A stretch of DNA of 35,759 bases from Deltaproteobacteria bacterium (GTDB lineage Bacteria > Desulfobacterota > Desulfobacteria > Desulfobacterales > C00003060): NCBI GenBank assembly GCA_003647435.1, contig QMMV01000001.1, forward strand, positions 1-35,759, in the 5' to 3' direction. Below the pieces are notes generated by a model. That model saw nothing but the letters and a program-made list of their open reading frames with translations. It was not told the DNA's origin and searched no databases. The position numbers and the translations under genes were made by a program. Shown here one piece after another: positions 9,087 to 17,431 of this stretch (position 1 is its first letter; each line of letters starts with the position of its first letter).

Positions 9087-9250
9087 AGTTCTCGTCGTCG
9101 GAAATAATGCCTGTAGCCGAATCCACCGGCTTCAGGGTGGAGATGGTTGAGAAGGTGCTCCACCTGCTGAATCTGCTGGATGCCCTGAACTCGCACCCAT
9201 TTCTCAAGGGGAAATGGGTCTTGAAGGGCGGCACCGCCTTAAAGTTGTAG
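9083..9250 (+). pseudogene. abiEii: AbiEii nucleotidyltransferase toxin, N-terminal 55 codons only
   Basis: VEKVLHLLNLLDALNSHPFLKGKWVLKGGTALKL ends at a stop where full-length AbiEii proteins continue for more than 200 aa. Confidence 0.7.
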
Positions 9251-9264
9251 GCATACACCGACTC

Positions 9265-9336
9265 TTAGCCCAATTCCTTTTCCAGGTACTCGGCCGTGGT
9301 CTGCTGGACAAGGGTGTGTTCGGTGTATGGCATCAT
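9265..9336 (-). pseudogene. remnant of a second hsdR (first 23 codons)
   Basis: MMPYTEHTLVQQTTAEYLEKELG resembles the canonical HsdR N-terminus. Its ATG overlaps the stop of the upstream ATPase gene (AATGATG). Confidence 0.5.
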
Positions 9337-10580
9337 TCCCCCTCCCACAATCGTGAAATGGGCACAGCGTAGAGCCTGTCGCCGAACCCCACCACCGCAT
9401 CACCGTCGTAGAGCACCACTCCTGCGGCAAATGCCTTTGCTGTTGCTGCCTGGAGCTTGCGAAGGCCCTTGAAGTCGGCGATGGTAACCGTGGAAGCGGC
9501 CTTTACTTCCACCCCGGCCACAAAGCCTTCGGATTCAAGCACCATATCCACCTCCACCTGATCCTTGTCACGAAAATGGCTGAACCAGACGACGCTTTCC
9601 TGCCAGCCGGCGTGCCGACGCAACTCCTGATAGACAAAGGTTTCAAGGATCCGCCCGAAAAGGGCGCGATCGGCCCACATGGAATCCTCATCCAACCCTA
9701 AAAGAGCGCAGGCCAGGCCGGTATCGCCCAGGTGCAGCTTGGGGGTCTTGACCAGCCTTTTCATCCGGTTGCTGTGCCACGGCGGCAATTCGTCCACCAG
9801 GAAAATCCGTGATAACAACGTGAGGTATTCGCGAATCGTCTGACGGCTGATCTGAAACGGACCCGCCAGTTCGGAAACATTTACCAGGCACGCGGACTGC
9901 CCCGCGGCCATGGCCAGCAGGCGGGGCAAGGCGTCCAGGGCGCTGATCCGGGCAAGATCCCGGATATCGCGCTGCACCAGAGTGTCGGCATAATCCCGGT
10001 ACCAGGCGCTGCGGCGGCGCGGGGTGGCGCGCACCAGCGCCGCCGGAAAACCGCCGCCGGCCACCCGCTGCGCCAGCGCTTTGCCCAAGCGCCGTCCGGT
10101 CTTGCCCGCTTTGAAGTCCGCCGCGAACAAGCGACCCAAAAAATCTGCCGCCTTTCCCTCAATCTCCGCCTGGGCCAGGGGGTGCAGCCGCAGGATCTCC
10201 ATCCGCCCGGCCAGCGAATCGGCAAGCCTCGGCACCAGCAGCACATTGGCCGATCCAGTGAGAATAAAGCTGCCGGGCTTGCGGCGGCTGTCCACTGCCG
10301 TCTTGAGCGAGGTGAACAGCTCCGGCACTCGCTGCACCTCGTCCAGCACCGCCTGCTCCGGCAGGTCGGCCACATAGCCCACCGGGTCGGCCTGGGCCGC
10401 GGCCCGCTGCACATCGTCGTCAAAGGTGAAATAGGCAAACCCCGCATCATCTCCCACCAGCCGGGCCAGCGTGGTCTTGCCGCACTGCCGTGGGCCATGG
10501 ATCAGCACCACCGGGGAATCCGTCAGGGCTTCCTCGATTCGCGGACGCAGAAAACGGGGATAGAATGCTGTTTTATCCAT
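9333..10580 (-). CDS. AAA ATPase with DUF4143-type C-terminus (COG1373-like)
   Basis: Walker A GPRQCGKTTL, Walker B VLDEVQRVPELF, and a C-terminal ETFVYQELRR region. Likely start is MDKTAFYPRF at 10580; the track start is 10598. Confidence 0.85.
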   Translation of the reverse strand: MDKTAFYPRFLRPRIEEALTDSPVVLIHGPRQCGKTTLARLVGDDAGFAYFTFDDDVQRAAAQADPVGYVADLPEQAVLDEVQRVPELFTSLKTAVDSRRKPGSFILTGSANVLLVPRLADSLAGRMEILRLHPLAQAEIEGKAADFLGRLFAADFKAGKTGRRLGKALAQRVAGGGFPAALVRATPRRRSAWYRDYADTLVQRDIRDLARISALDALPRLLAMAAGQSACLVNVSELAGPFQISRQTIREYLTLLSRIFLVDELPPWHSNRMKRLVKTPKLHLGDTGLACALLGLDEDSMWADRALFGRILETFVYQELRRHAGWQESVVWFSHFRDKDQVEVDMVLESEGFVAGVEVKAASTVTIADFKGLRKLQAATAKAFAAGVVLYDGDAVVGFGDRLYAVPISRLWEGE

Positions 10581-10604
10581 ACCGGCTATCTGTAACACAA
10601 ATAT

Positions 10605-10658
10605 CGTCCAATTGCAAGTTTATTATCGTCCAATTGTCGAAAATACAGCGTCCAATTG
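10605..10658. repeat. three CGTCCAATTG direct repeats at exactly 22-bp spacing (iteron- or operator-like)
   Basis: Copies at 10605-10614, 10627-10636 and 10649-10658, directly upstream of the ATPase start. Confidence 0.75.
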
Positions 10659-10677
10659 TCGATATCCTTGAAGATAT

Positions 10678-10899
10678 CATACCGCGATCTCTCCGTTCAT
10701 GAGGCGGGGGGGGGAGGAGGTCGCGGGCTTTGGTGAGTGAGGCATTTTGCCGCTTCAACAATTCCATCTGTTGATGCAGCAGCGACACCGTATCCTCGAA
10801 CAATCGCAGAATCTTCTGATCCGCGACCAGCAACAAACGGCTGTGGGCAAAATCGCGATTCAATCCGGGAACCGCAACATCCGTGCTGATAAAGTTCAT
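10678..10899 (-). pseudogene. C-terminal remnant of a second hsdS, frameshifted in a G9/C9 run
   Basis: Encodes ADQKILRLFEDTVSLLHQQMELLKRQNASLTKARDLLPP. Removing one C from the C9 run (plus-strand G9 at 10706-10714) gives LLPPRLMNGEIAV-stop, the typical HsdS C-terminus. Confidence 0.6.
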
Positions 10900-11116
10900 T
10901 TGCTGCAGGGCGTAGTAGAAAATTAAGAGCCTGTCCCTTTTTTACTCAAATCCTGCGACGGGCTTTTGGTTCGAAAATTCGGGTGCTTTTTCGCACCACA
11001 GGCCGTGTTTCCAAACTTGCGAAAACGGCCGGCTGGCTCAATCCATTGATATAAAAGGGATTGCCCAACCGGACGAGCTTCGGACTTCATCCTTCGATGC
11101 CAGAGGATCTTGGGGC

Positions 11117-11231
11117 AAACAGAGAATGGACCTGCCTGCGTGCGGTACGCACAGGCAGGCGTGGGTTCGACCTGTCCCGCCGAAGCCTGTCAGGGCGAAG
11201 GAGGATTCCCTCCGCCATATCAAACGCGGTG
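11117..11231 (+). repeat. structured repeat, copy B
   Basis: See copy A. The palindrome is at 11131-11159. It lies just 3' of, and antisense to, the DUF4236-TPR gene. Confidence 0.85.
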
Positions 11232-11261
11232 TTGTAATAATCCAAGTCTCCAGTTCCACGA

Positions 11262-12302
11262 CTACAACCCTAATCTAATTGCCACGTCCTCATAGTCGGG
11301 GGCCTCAGCGTAGAGTTTCTCGAGTTCGCTGCGTGACCGCCGGTGCTGGCCGAGGTCCTCATAGACCAGGGCCCGTTCATACCTGAGCGCCTTAAGAAGT
11401 TCCTCGGAACGGCCTTTCTTGCGGCGCAGAGCGGCTGTTAATGTGTCCCGGGCCGCAGTTGCCAGACCGAGGTGCCGAAGGGCTTTAGCTTTGTAAAGCA
11501 TCAAAGCTGCATGGATAGGCGTCTCGTTCTCAATGCCCTCAACCAACCGTACAACCTTCTGGCAGACCTTCTTGTCGCCCGGATGAGCGTCCAGCAACAG
11601 CTCCGCAAGAGACAACTTCACCACCACGTCGTCGGGCTCGAGCCGGCGTAGTCTTTCCAGGCAGGCAATCGCGTCCTGCCACCGCTCCAGACGCTGGTAG
11701 ACCTCCACGAGGCCCAGCAGCACGCCCCGAAGATCCGGGCCCACATGTGCGGAAACCTCGCCCGTGATAGGCAGACTCATGACAGCGGAGATGCCGTACT
11801 TGGAGAAGTAACGGCCCAGACGGTTGTGCTTCTCGGCAGCCATGGCCAGATAGTCTGCTGCTTCCGTCAGCTGTTCCTTCTTAAGTGTCAGGAAGCCGGC
11901 AAGGTAAGCGCCGTCGGCCAGGTGAGCCGCCTGTTCAAGGTGCTGAAGCGCTTTGTCCTCATTCCCCAGCACCAATTCCCGGCACCCATCCACCAGGGAC
12001 TCCTCGTCGTCCGGCGTGACGAGCCGCTTGAAGAATCCCAGGGTCAGACGGTCTTCTGCGCGGACTGAAGGGAGCGCCGGTGCGACGGAAGACATGTTTT
12101 TCCTGCCACCTGACCTCCCGCTTGGAAGGGTTGTGGTGTAAAATAGCCCCGTTCCCGGAATACCCACCGTCGCACGTTTGCCTCGGGAACCAACGGTGAA
12201 CTTCGCACCTCGTGGTCCGAACGAGAGCGATCCACCCGACTTGCTCAGATTCAGGGTTACTCCTGGTGCAATCCTAATTCTTCGCCAAAAGCGGAAGCTC
12301 AT
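11262..12302 (-). CDS. DUF4236 N-terminal domain + TPR-like repeat protein
   Basis: MSFRFWRRIRIAPGVTLNLSKSGGSLSFGPRGAKFTVGSRGKRATVGIPGTGLFYT matches the DUF4236 pattern. The C-terminal 250 aa are helical repeats with TPR-like A/L/Y spacing. Confidence 0.8.
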   Translation of the reverse strand: MSFRFWRRIRIAPGVTLNLSKSGGSLSFGPRGAKFTVGSRGKRATVGIPGTGLFYTTTLPSGRSGGRKNMSSVAPALPSVRAEDRLTLGFFKRLVTPDDEESLVDGCRELVLGNEDKALQHLEQAAHLADGAYLAGFLTLKKEQLTEAADYLAMAAEKHNRLGRYFSKYGISAVMSLPITGEVSAHVGPDLRGVLLGLVEVYQRLERWQDAIACLERLRRLEPDDVVVKLSLAELLLDAHPGDKKVCQKVVRLVEGIENETPIHAALMLYKAKALRHLGLATAARDTLTAALRRKKGRSEELLKALRYERALVYEDLGQHRRSRSELEKLYAEAPDYEDVAIRLGL

Positions 12303-12358
12303 TTGTCAGTTTCCAATGCAACAGTGTTGCCCATCGGCTCCGTCATTCAGAAAATCAA

Positions 12359-15300
12359 TCACGAATCATACGATACATCTTCAGCGTGGACGCTTGGCCG
12401 CAACAACGCAACCCGAGCAGGTTTTTTCCGCGCCTCAGAAAAATACAGAGCTTTGAACCGTTCCATCTGCTTTATTCTGTCGATCAGCATTCGCTCTTGG
12501 TCCGAGCTCGCGACATTGCGCACCAACGCCTTCGCGTCAGCTTCGGTCAACCGCAACACGAGGTAGTTTGCGATTGCCGAGAACAGCGAGACGTTGAAGT
12601 CCCTTGCTTCCTGCGAAGCGAGTACGAGCGATATGCCATATTTCCGACATTCCTTGGCCATCGTTGGAATCAGTGTGAGCTTGGCAGCTCGGTGAGCCTC
12701 GTCGAAGATAACGGCATGTGTAATGTGGTCCTGGATGCCTCGGCGGAACATGTCCTTGTAAAGCCCGTAAAAGATCAGCGAAGCAAAAGCTTTTTGCAGG
12801 TTGTCGTTCTGCGTTTTGTGAATACGGATTACCACGGGCTCGTCGCTTTCCCAGAGACTTTCCTGCGAGTCAGTGAGAGCAAAGAAGCCATAGTCGGCCA
12901 ATTCCTCCAAACGCGCTAGCAGACTCTTCAGCCCGCGGTCTGATTTCGGGGTATCCCGCAGGATTGCCACAAAGCGTCCAAACTCCGGTTCTTCCAACTC
13001 GTTCTGGTCAGCGTTCGGATCGTCCCATCCTTTCTCAACGAAGCTCTCCTTAACAGCCCTACGGATACGTTCCCCCTGAATGTCTCCGAGCTCTGGGAAA
13101 ATCGCGACGAAAATATCACGTAGGGCCCCCGCCACATCAAGGTACGCCACCTGTGAACTTCTGTCCATGACCTGCAATGGATTAAAGCCCAGTCCGCGAA
13201 AATCAATGAATCGAATCGGACCCACAAGACGTTGTAGCTCATCATCGATGTCTTGATGATATGAAAACACGATGGGCCGTATGCCGGCGTCAAGCATCTG
13301 TGTGCACAAGTTCAACAGGCAAGTGGTCTTGCCCATTCCGGGTAGTCCTGCGATCAGAAGGTGTGGGTTCCCCTTTACCGTTAGCGGCCAGTCCACTTTC
13401 CCGCCTGTTAGCAGATCCGTTCCTAAGCGAATGCGAGGTTCGATGGCACCTTCAGTGCCTTTGCTGGAAGGCACAGGCTCCTGATGAGTCCCGCCGCTTG
13501 GAACGCTCGGTTGTGCTTCTATAAAGTCGGGAACGCTGGGTGCCTCTGGGGCCTTGGCCTCTTCCGGCGCGGATGGAGCAACCGATGGTCGCGTCTGAAC
13601 AAGGTTGTCTCGGGTGACTGAGTCGCGACGGAATTCCGAATCGGGCAGAAGCGCTGGACCAAACAGGAATATCCGTGTATCCCATTCTGCAGGAGATATC
13701 TCCAATGGATGAGCGCCCATATACTCAGGGCAAAACACCCATCCACGGTCACTTCGTGGTATTCCTGCGAAGGCACACGTCCCGCCCTTTTCGACCATGC
13801 GGTCAATCTCGGAAGAAATTTCCTTATACCGTTCAGGTGGCAAGTAATGCCGATGTGCTTTGTCGGCGTAAAATCGGAGTACACGGGCGAGTTTGGCCCG
13901 CCGGATTGCCCTGAACGGTGAACATACGTCTTCGTGGGAATACCAGTTTCCCCAACGTTCGCGAAGGGATTCGATTTGCTGGCGAATACCCTCGAGTACT
14001 TCCGGGCCTCGAGCGGCGCGCAGGTGTCGACGATACTTCACTTCCACGAATCGGAACACAAGCCCTTTACGCGACACCGCGGTCACATAGATCAGATCCG
14101 GCCGCGCCCCTTTGGCCTCATTGTCGCTATCGTCTGCCGAAACTGGCGGAAGCAGATCCCGGACATCGTCAACAGGAATAAAGAAGCCTTCGTCGAGGGA
14201 CAACCAGCAATCGGCACTGCGGCGAGCGTGGCGGCAATTCGCATGCGAGAGCGCTAGCGCAATGAGCTCGGAAGTCGGCGCTTTATGGCCCGTGAGACGT
14301 ATAGCCAAACGACCGCTGAGTGCCTTGAGATGTTCCATGAGAAACTCAGCATTGCGGCGACTGTGGCTAAGTGCCATCTGATCGAGTGCGCCGTCCAAAA
14401 GGTTTCTAACCTCTTCAAGATTGCTGGTTGATGTAATCAACTGAAGGCAACCCAGGTCTTCGCGTTCGGGCACGCAGTCAATTACGTAAGCATCGTATAT
14501 CTCTTTATTGTCACGAGGCGAATCGAAATACTCGATGCCTGCGTTGCGATCCAATGTAATGACCCAGTCGCACAGCCGGTGAAGTTCACGAAGGCTCTGC
14601 GCTTTGTCAGGCGGAATATCCGTCCGTAGGACGGGCACCTCACTCACCGTGCCGATGCTTCGGGCAACACAACGTTGCACGACGTGCTGTAGGCGTAGGA
14701 GGCGCTCCGTGTGTGTTCGGTCTGAAGGGTGTTTTTCACCATCCGTGGAGTTCAGGAGTATGCTGCGCCATCTTGGAGACGGGGCACTGGAGTACTTGCG
14801 TTCGAAGAACGATAACAGCCCGAAGGCATAGTACGGTCTAGGCTTTGAGCTGTCCGCATTCGGTTCTCCTACGACACGCGACTCAAACGTATCGAATGCC
14901 ACAGCAAGATGGGCGGCCGTATTTGGGTTCTGCTTGTTTTTGCGTGCCCAGCGAAGCCGTGGGAGATTTACTCCGCTTGGCAGGCTTAGGGACTCCAGCA
15001 TCCAGTGATCCTCAGGAGCCAATGCTCCCGCACCGCTACGTCGCTTCTCACGCACTTCTCCGATGAAGCGTCCGGCCACACCCCGCTGCTGTTCAGATGG
15101 ATACAGCCCCAGCACGAAGGCTGGCGACTGCTCCTGCGTTGTGTCTTCAAGGTCATCCTCTTCCCCCCTTCGATGATAGTGCTCATAAACACATCCGAGA
15201 GAGCGCGCCACCGTGAGTCCATCACCGGGTCTCAGGGCGTGTATGTGCAGTAACCGGGATGTATTATGGCATTCGATGTACTTGACAATCTCGTTGCCAA

Positions 15301-17431
15301 GAACCTGCGCGCTCTGTCTTCCCACCGTGGGAACCGTTTCGGCCGCCTGGCTGTCCCCCAAAGCCCTGGCCAGGATCGCCACGGCAGCCTTTGGTTCTTT
15401 ATCGGTGTCCGGGAGCATACCCACAGCATGGAAGCCCAATGTATCCGCAAAGACAAAGCAACTACCATCCTCTAAGCCAGGCAGAAACGCTGGGAACATC
15501 GCCCCATCCAAAGCTGACAGCTCCTCGCGCACATCCTTGGGGGGCATGTCCTGTTCAAAAGCGGCATAAAGCGCTAAATTGTCATATGCCACGTGCCATG
15601 CTACTCGAACCGGATGGCTTGGAAGCACAATCAGGCCAATTGTGCGGCCAGAAAGGGACTGCACTTCAACCGTATTAGCCAAAGCGAGTGACGGGTCACC
15701 TTTCTCCAACACGGCGGCCCAGGCAAGCAAATACTCTTTCACGACGGGATCAAATACCTTGGCATTCTGGTCATATATCTGGCCGACGCCACCGCCGCAG
15801 ACCGCAAACCGCTCAGCCATTCGACGACTTGCGTTTACCGTTCGTTCCCAGAGCGGTGTCCAGGATGTTCCTGACGAGGATTCGGCGGGAACTAGAGGAA
15901 TGAATTCCGCTGCTCCTGCTCGCGAGCCAGAGGCACGCACTTTGACCCGCCAACGCCCGATTTCACCGCGGTGGTGAGTCCATTGTCCCTCCACCTCAGC
16001 AATCAGAGGCGGTCGATACACGCGGAAGCTCTTACCCCGCTGGGGGGTGCGCATCAATACGAATCCCTTAGAATCGACGGGTAGGCTGGCCGTGGTTGAA
16101 GCAAGAGTTGAGCCCATTTCTCGGTCGTCCAGTTCGATCAGCCCTTCGCTAAACGTGCGCACTTTCTTGCCAACGCCCCCTCGTTCCCGTTCAGGTGGTT
16201 GACCGAAGCGAATCAGAAACTCCTCAGACTCCTGAGCCTCGACTGCATCGTTGCCAATCACTGAAACAACCACTTTAGCCGAAATGAGCGCGTCCTCGCT
16301 GAGCTCAGAAAAATCGTCATTGGTAAAGCGACACTTCTCTTCCTTCTTGGCCGAATGGGACACCTCCCGGAAGGCCAATTCCTCTTCCATATCCGTTACG
16401 ATCGCGACACGATATTGAACGGCGTCTTTCTCTAAGTTGTCCGGCCGTGCTTTCCACCGAACTTCAAGCTTCGAATAATGCCCGGTCTGTTCCGCGTCGG
16501 GCTCCAGGACCAGCACGGGCGGTGCGTCGGCGTCACCTTCTTCAATTAGCCCGGACCATTTTGCGACCTTCCCTGTCCTCGTTCTCCACGAAGACAGTTC
16601 GATGGCCTGAATCTCTTGAACGGCACCTTCGATTCGCAAGGCGTTCACCCACAAATGCCTCTTGTCTGCCAGTTCAGTCAAAGCCGGTACAAGCGGCTTG
16701 GTGGCGGCCGATCGCAGAAAACGCTCCAGATTCCTGATCTGCTCTTCGGAGGGGTTCAAGAGCTTCAAGGTTTCAATTCTCTGCGCGGGAGACCCCCCGG
16801 AGGCCGCCGTTCCCAAAAGATGGTCGATGAACATCCTCGATAGATTCAAATCGTCTTCAGTGTGTGAATCCTCGGTCCACTGGACCGGCCAAAGACCGAG
16901 CAAATACAGGTATTCCCCCGGCTGTCTCGCGTCAGCGGCCACGCGAATCAGGAAATCGAACTCAGTCCAAGACGAAACACTAAAGCGACGACCGTATCCA
17001 CGTGCTTTCTTGATTGCCTGCTCGGCATACAGTCGCGTCTCACGAGACAGACGACGCGTTACCTCCCTTCGTGCCAAACGCAATGCTTCCCGAAACAGAG
17101 TCGACTCGTCTACCTCGCGTGCCGCACTATAAATACCGTCCATGCCCGCGCCAGCCAAAGAGGTGTCAACAAGCAAAAGTACTGCCTCTTGCTTGGCCTC
17201 ACGGATTTCGACGGCCTGGTCGGCTGTAATGGTTCGCGCTGTGGAGTCGGCGGCATCGGCCACGCGCCAAACCTGCCAGCCTGAAGGGGCAAAGCCGGCA
17301 TCTGCCGCAAGAGCCTCTACGGCATCGGGTGTCAAGCAACGCACAAACGCCATCGTCCCAGGTTCGGCCTCGCCAAGCACTGTTTCGAAAGCCTGTTTAA
17401 GGATCGTCGCATGTAGTTCAGACCACTGCAT
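12359..17431 (-). CDS. 1690-aa giant protein: large uncharacterised N-region, PD-(D/E)xK-like motif, C-terminal HerA/FtsK-type P-loop ATPase (DptH-like by architecture)
   Basis: One uninterrupted ORF. RPDLIYV..x16..FVEVKYR at about nt 14035-14102; Walker A LIAGLPGMGKTT at about 13324-13360; Walker B AVIFDEAHR at about 12693-12720. Its start overlaps the stop of the upstream gene by 14 nt. Confidence 0.85.
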   Translation of the reverse strand: MQWSELHATILKQAFETVLGEAEPGTMAFVRCLTPDAVEALAADAGFAPSGWQVWRVADAADSTARTITADQAVEIREAKQEAVLLLVDTSLAGAGMDGIYSAAREVDESTLFREALRLARREVTRRLSRETRLYAEQAIKKARGYGRRFSVSSWTEFDFLIRVAADARQPGEYLYLLGLWPVQWTEDSHTEDDLNLSRMFIDHLLGTAASGGSPAQRIETLKLLNPSEEQIRNLERFLRSAATKPLVPALTELADKRHLWVNALRIEGAVQEIQAIELSSWRTRTGKVAKWSGLIEEGDADAPPVLVLEPDAEQTGHYSKLEVRWKARPDNLEKDAVQYRVAIVTDMEEELAFREVSHSAKKEEKCRFTNDDFSELSEDALISAKVVVSVIGNDAVEAQESEEFLIRFGQPPERERGGVGKKVRTFSEGLIELDDREMGSTLASTTASLPVDSKGFVLMRTPQRGKSFRVYRPPLIAEVEGQWTHHRGEIGRWRVKVRASGSRAGAAEFIPLVPAESSSGTSWTPLWERTVNASRRMAERFAVCGGGVGQIYDQNAKVFDPVVKEYLLAWAAVLEKGDPSLALANTVEVQSLSGRTIGLIVLPSHPVRVAWHVAYDNLALYAAFEQDMPPKDVREELSALDGAMFPAFLPGLEDGSCFVFADTLGFHAVGMLPDTDKEPKAAVAILARALGDSQAAETVPTVGRQSAQVLGNEIVKYIECHNTSRLLHIHALRPGDGLTVARSLGCVYEHYHRRGEEDDLEDTTQEQSPAFVLGLYPSEQQRGVAGRFIGEVREKRRSGAGALAPEDHWMLESLSLPSGVNLPRLRWARKNKQNPNTAAHLAVAFDTFESRVVGEPNADSSKPRPYYAFGLLSFFERKYSSAPSPRWRSILLNSTDGEKHPSDRTHTERLLRLQHVVQRCVARSIGTVSEVPVLRTDIPPDKAQSLRELHRLCDWVITLDRNAGIEYFDSPRDNKEIYDAYVIDCVPEREDLGCLQLITSTSNLEEVRNLLDGALDQMALSHSRRNAEFLMEHLKALSGRLAIRLTGHKAPTSELIALALSHANCRHARRSADCWLSLDEGFFIPVDDVRDLLPPVSADDSDNEAKGARPDLIYVTAVSRKGLVFRFVEVKYRRHLRAARGPEVLEGIRQQIESLRERWGNWYSHEDVCSPFRAIRRAKLARVLRFYADKAHRHYLPPERYKEISSEIDRMVEKGGTCAFAGIPRSDRGWVFCPEYMGAHPLEISPAEWDTRIFLFGPALLPDSEFRRDSVTRDNLVQTRPSVAPSAPEEAKAPEAPSVPDFIEAQPSVPSGGTHQEPVPSSKGTEGAIEPRIRLGTDLLTGGKVDWPLTVKGNPHLLIAGLPGMGKTTCLLNLCTQMLDAGIRPIVFSYHQDIDDELQRLVGPIRFIDFRGLGFNPLQVMDRSSQVAYLDVAGALRDIFVAIFPELGDIQGERIRRAVKESFVEKGWDDPNADQNELEEPEFGRFVAILRDTPKSDRGLKSLLARLEELADYGFFALTDSQESLWESDEPVVIRIHKTQNDNLQKAFASLIFYGLYKDMFRRGIQDHITHAVIFDEAHRAAKLTLIPTMAKECRKYGISLVLASQEARDFNVSLFSAIANYLVLRLTEADAKALVRNVASSDQERMLIDRIKQMERFKALYFSEARKKPARVALLRPSVHAEDVSYDS

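Noticed and set aside
8002-11231. Repeats A and B as integron attC sites flanking a cassette.
   Set aside because: There is no integron integrase or attI in the window. I could not find the RYYYAAC/GTTRRRY core sites at the repeat ends. The cassette contains several genes in both orientations.
11659-11681. CAGGCAGG...CCTGCC inside the DUF4236-TPR gene, as another palindromic-element copy.
   Set aside because: The two halves are in the reverse order relative to the element family. The segment encodes an ordinary-looking TPR helix (WQDAIACLERL). It is probably coincidental.
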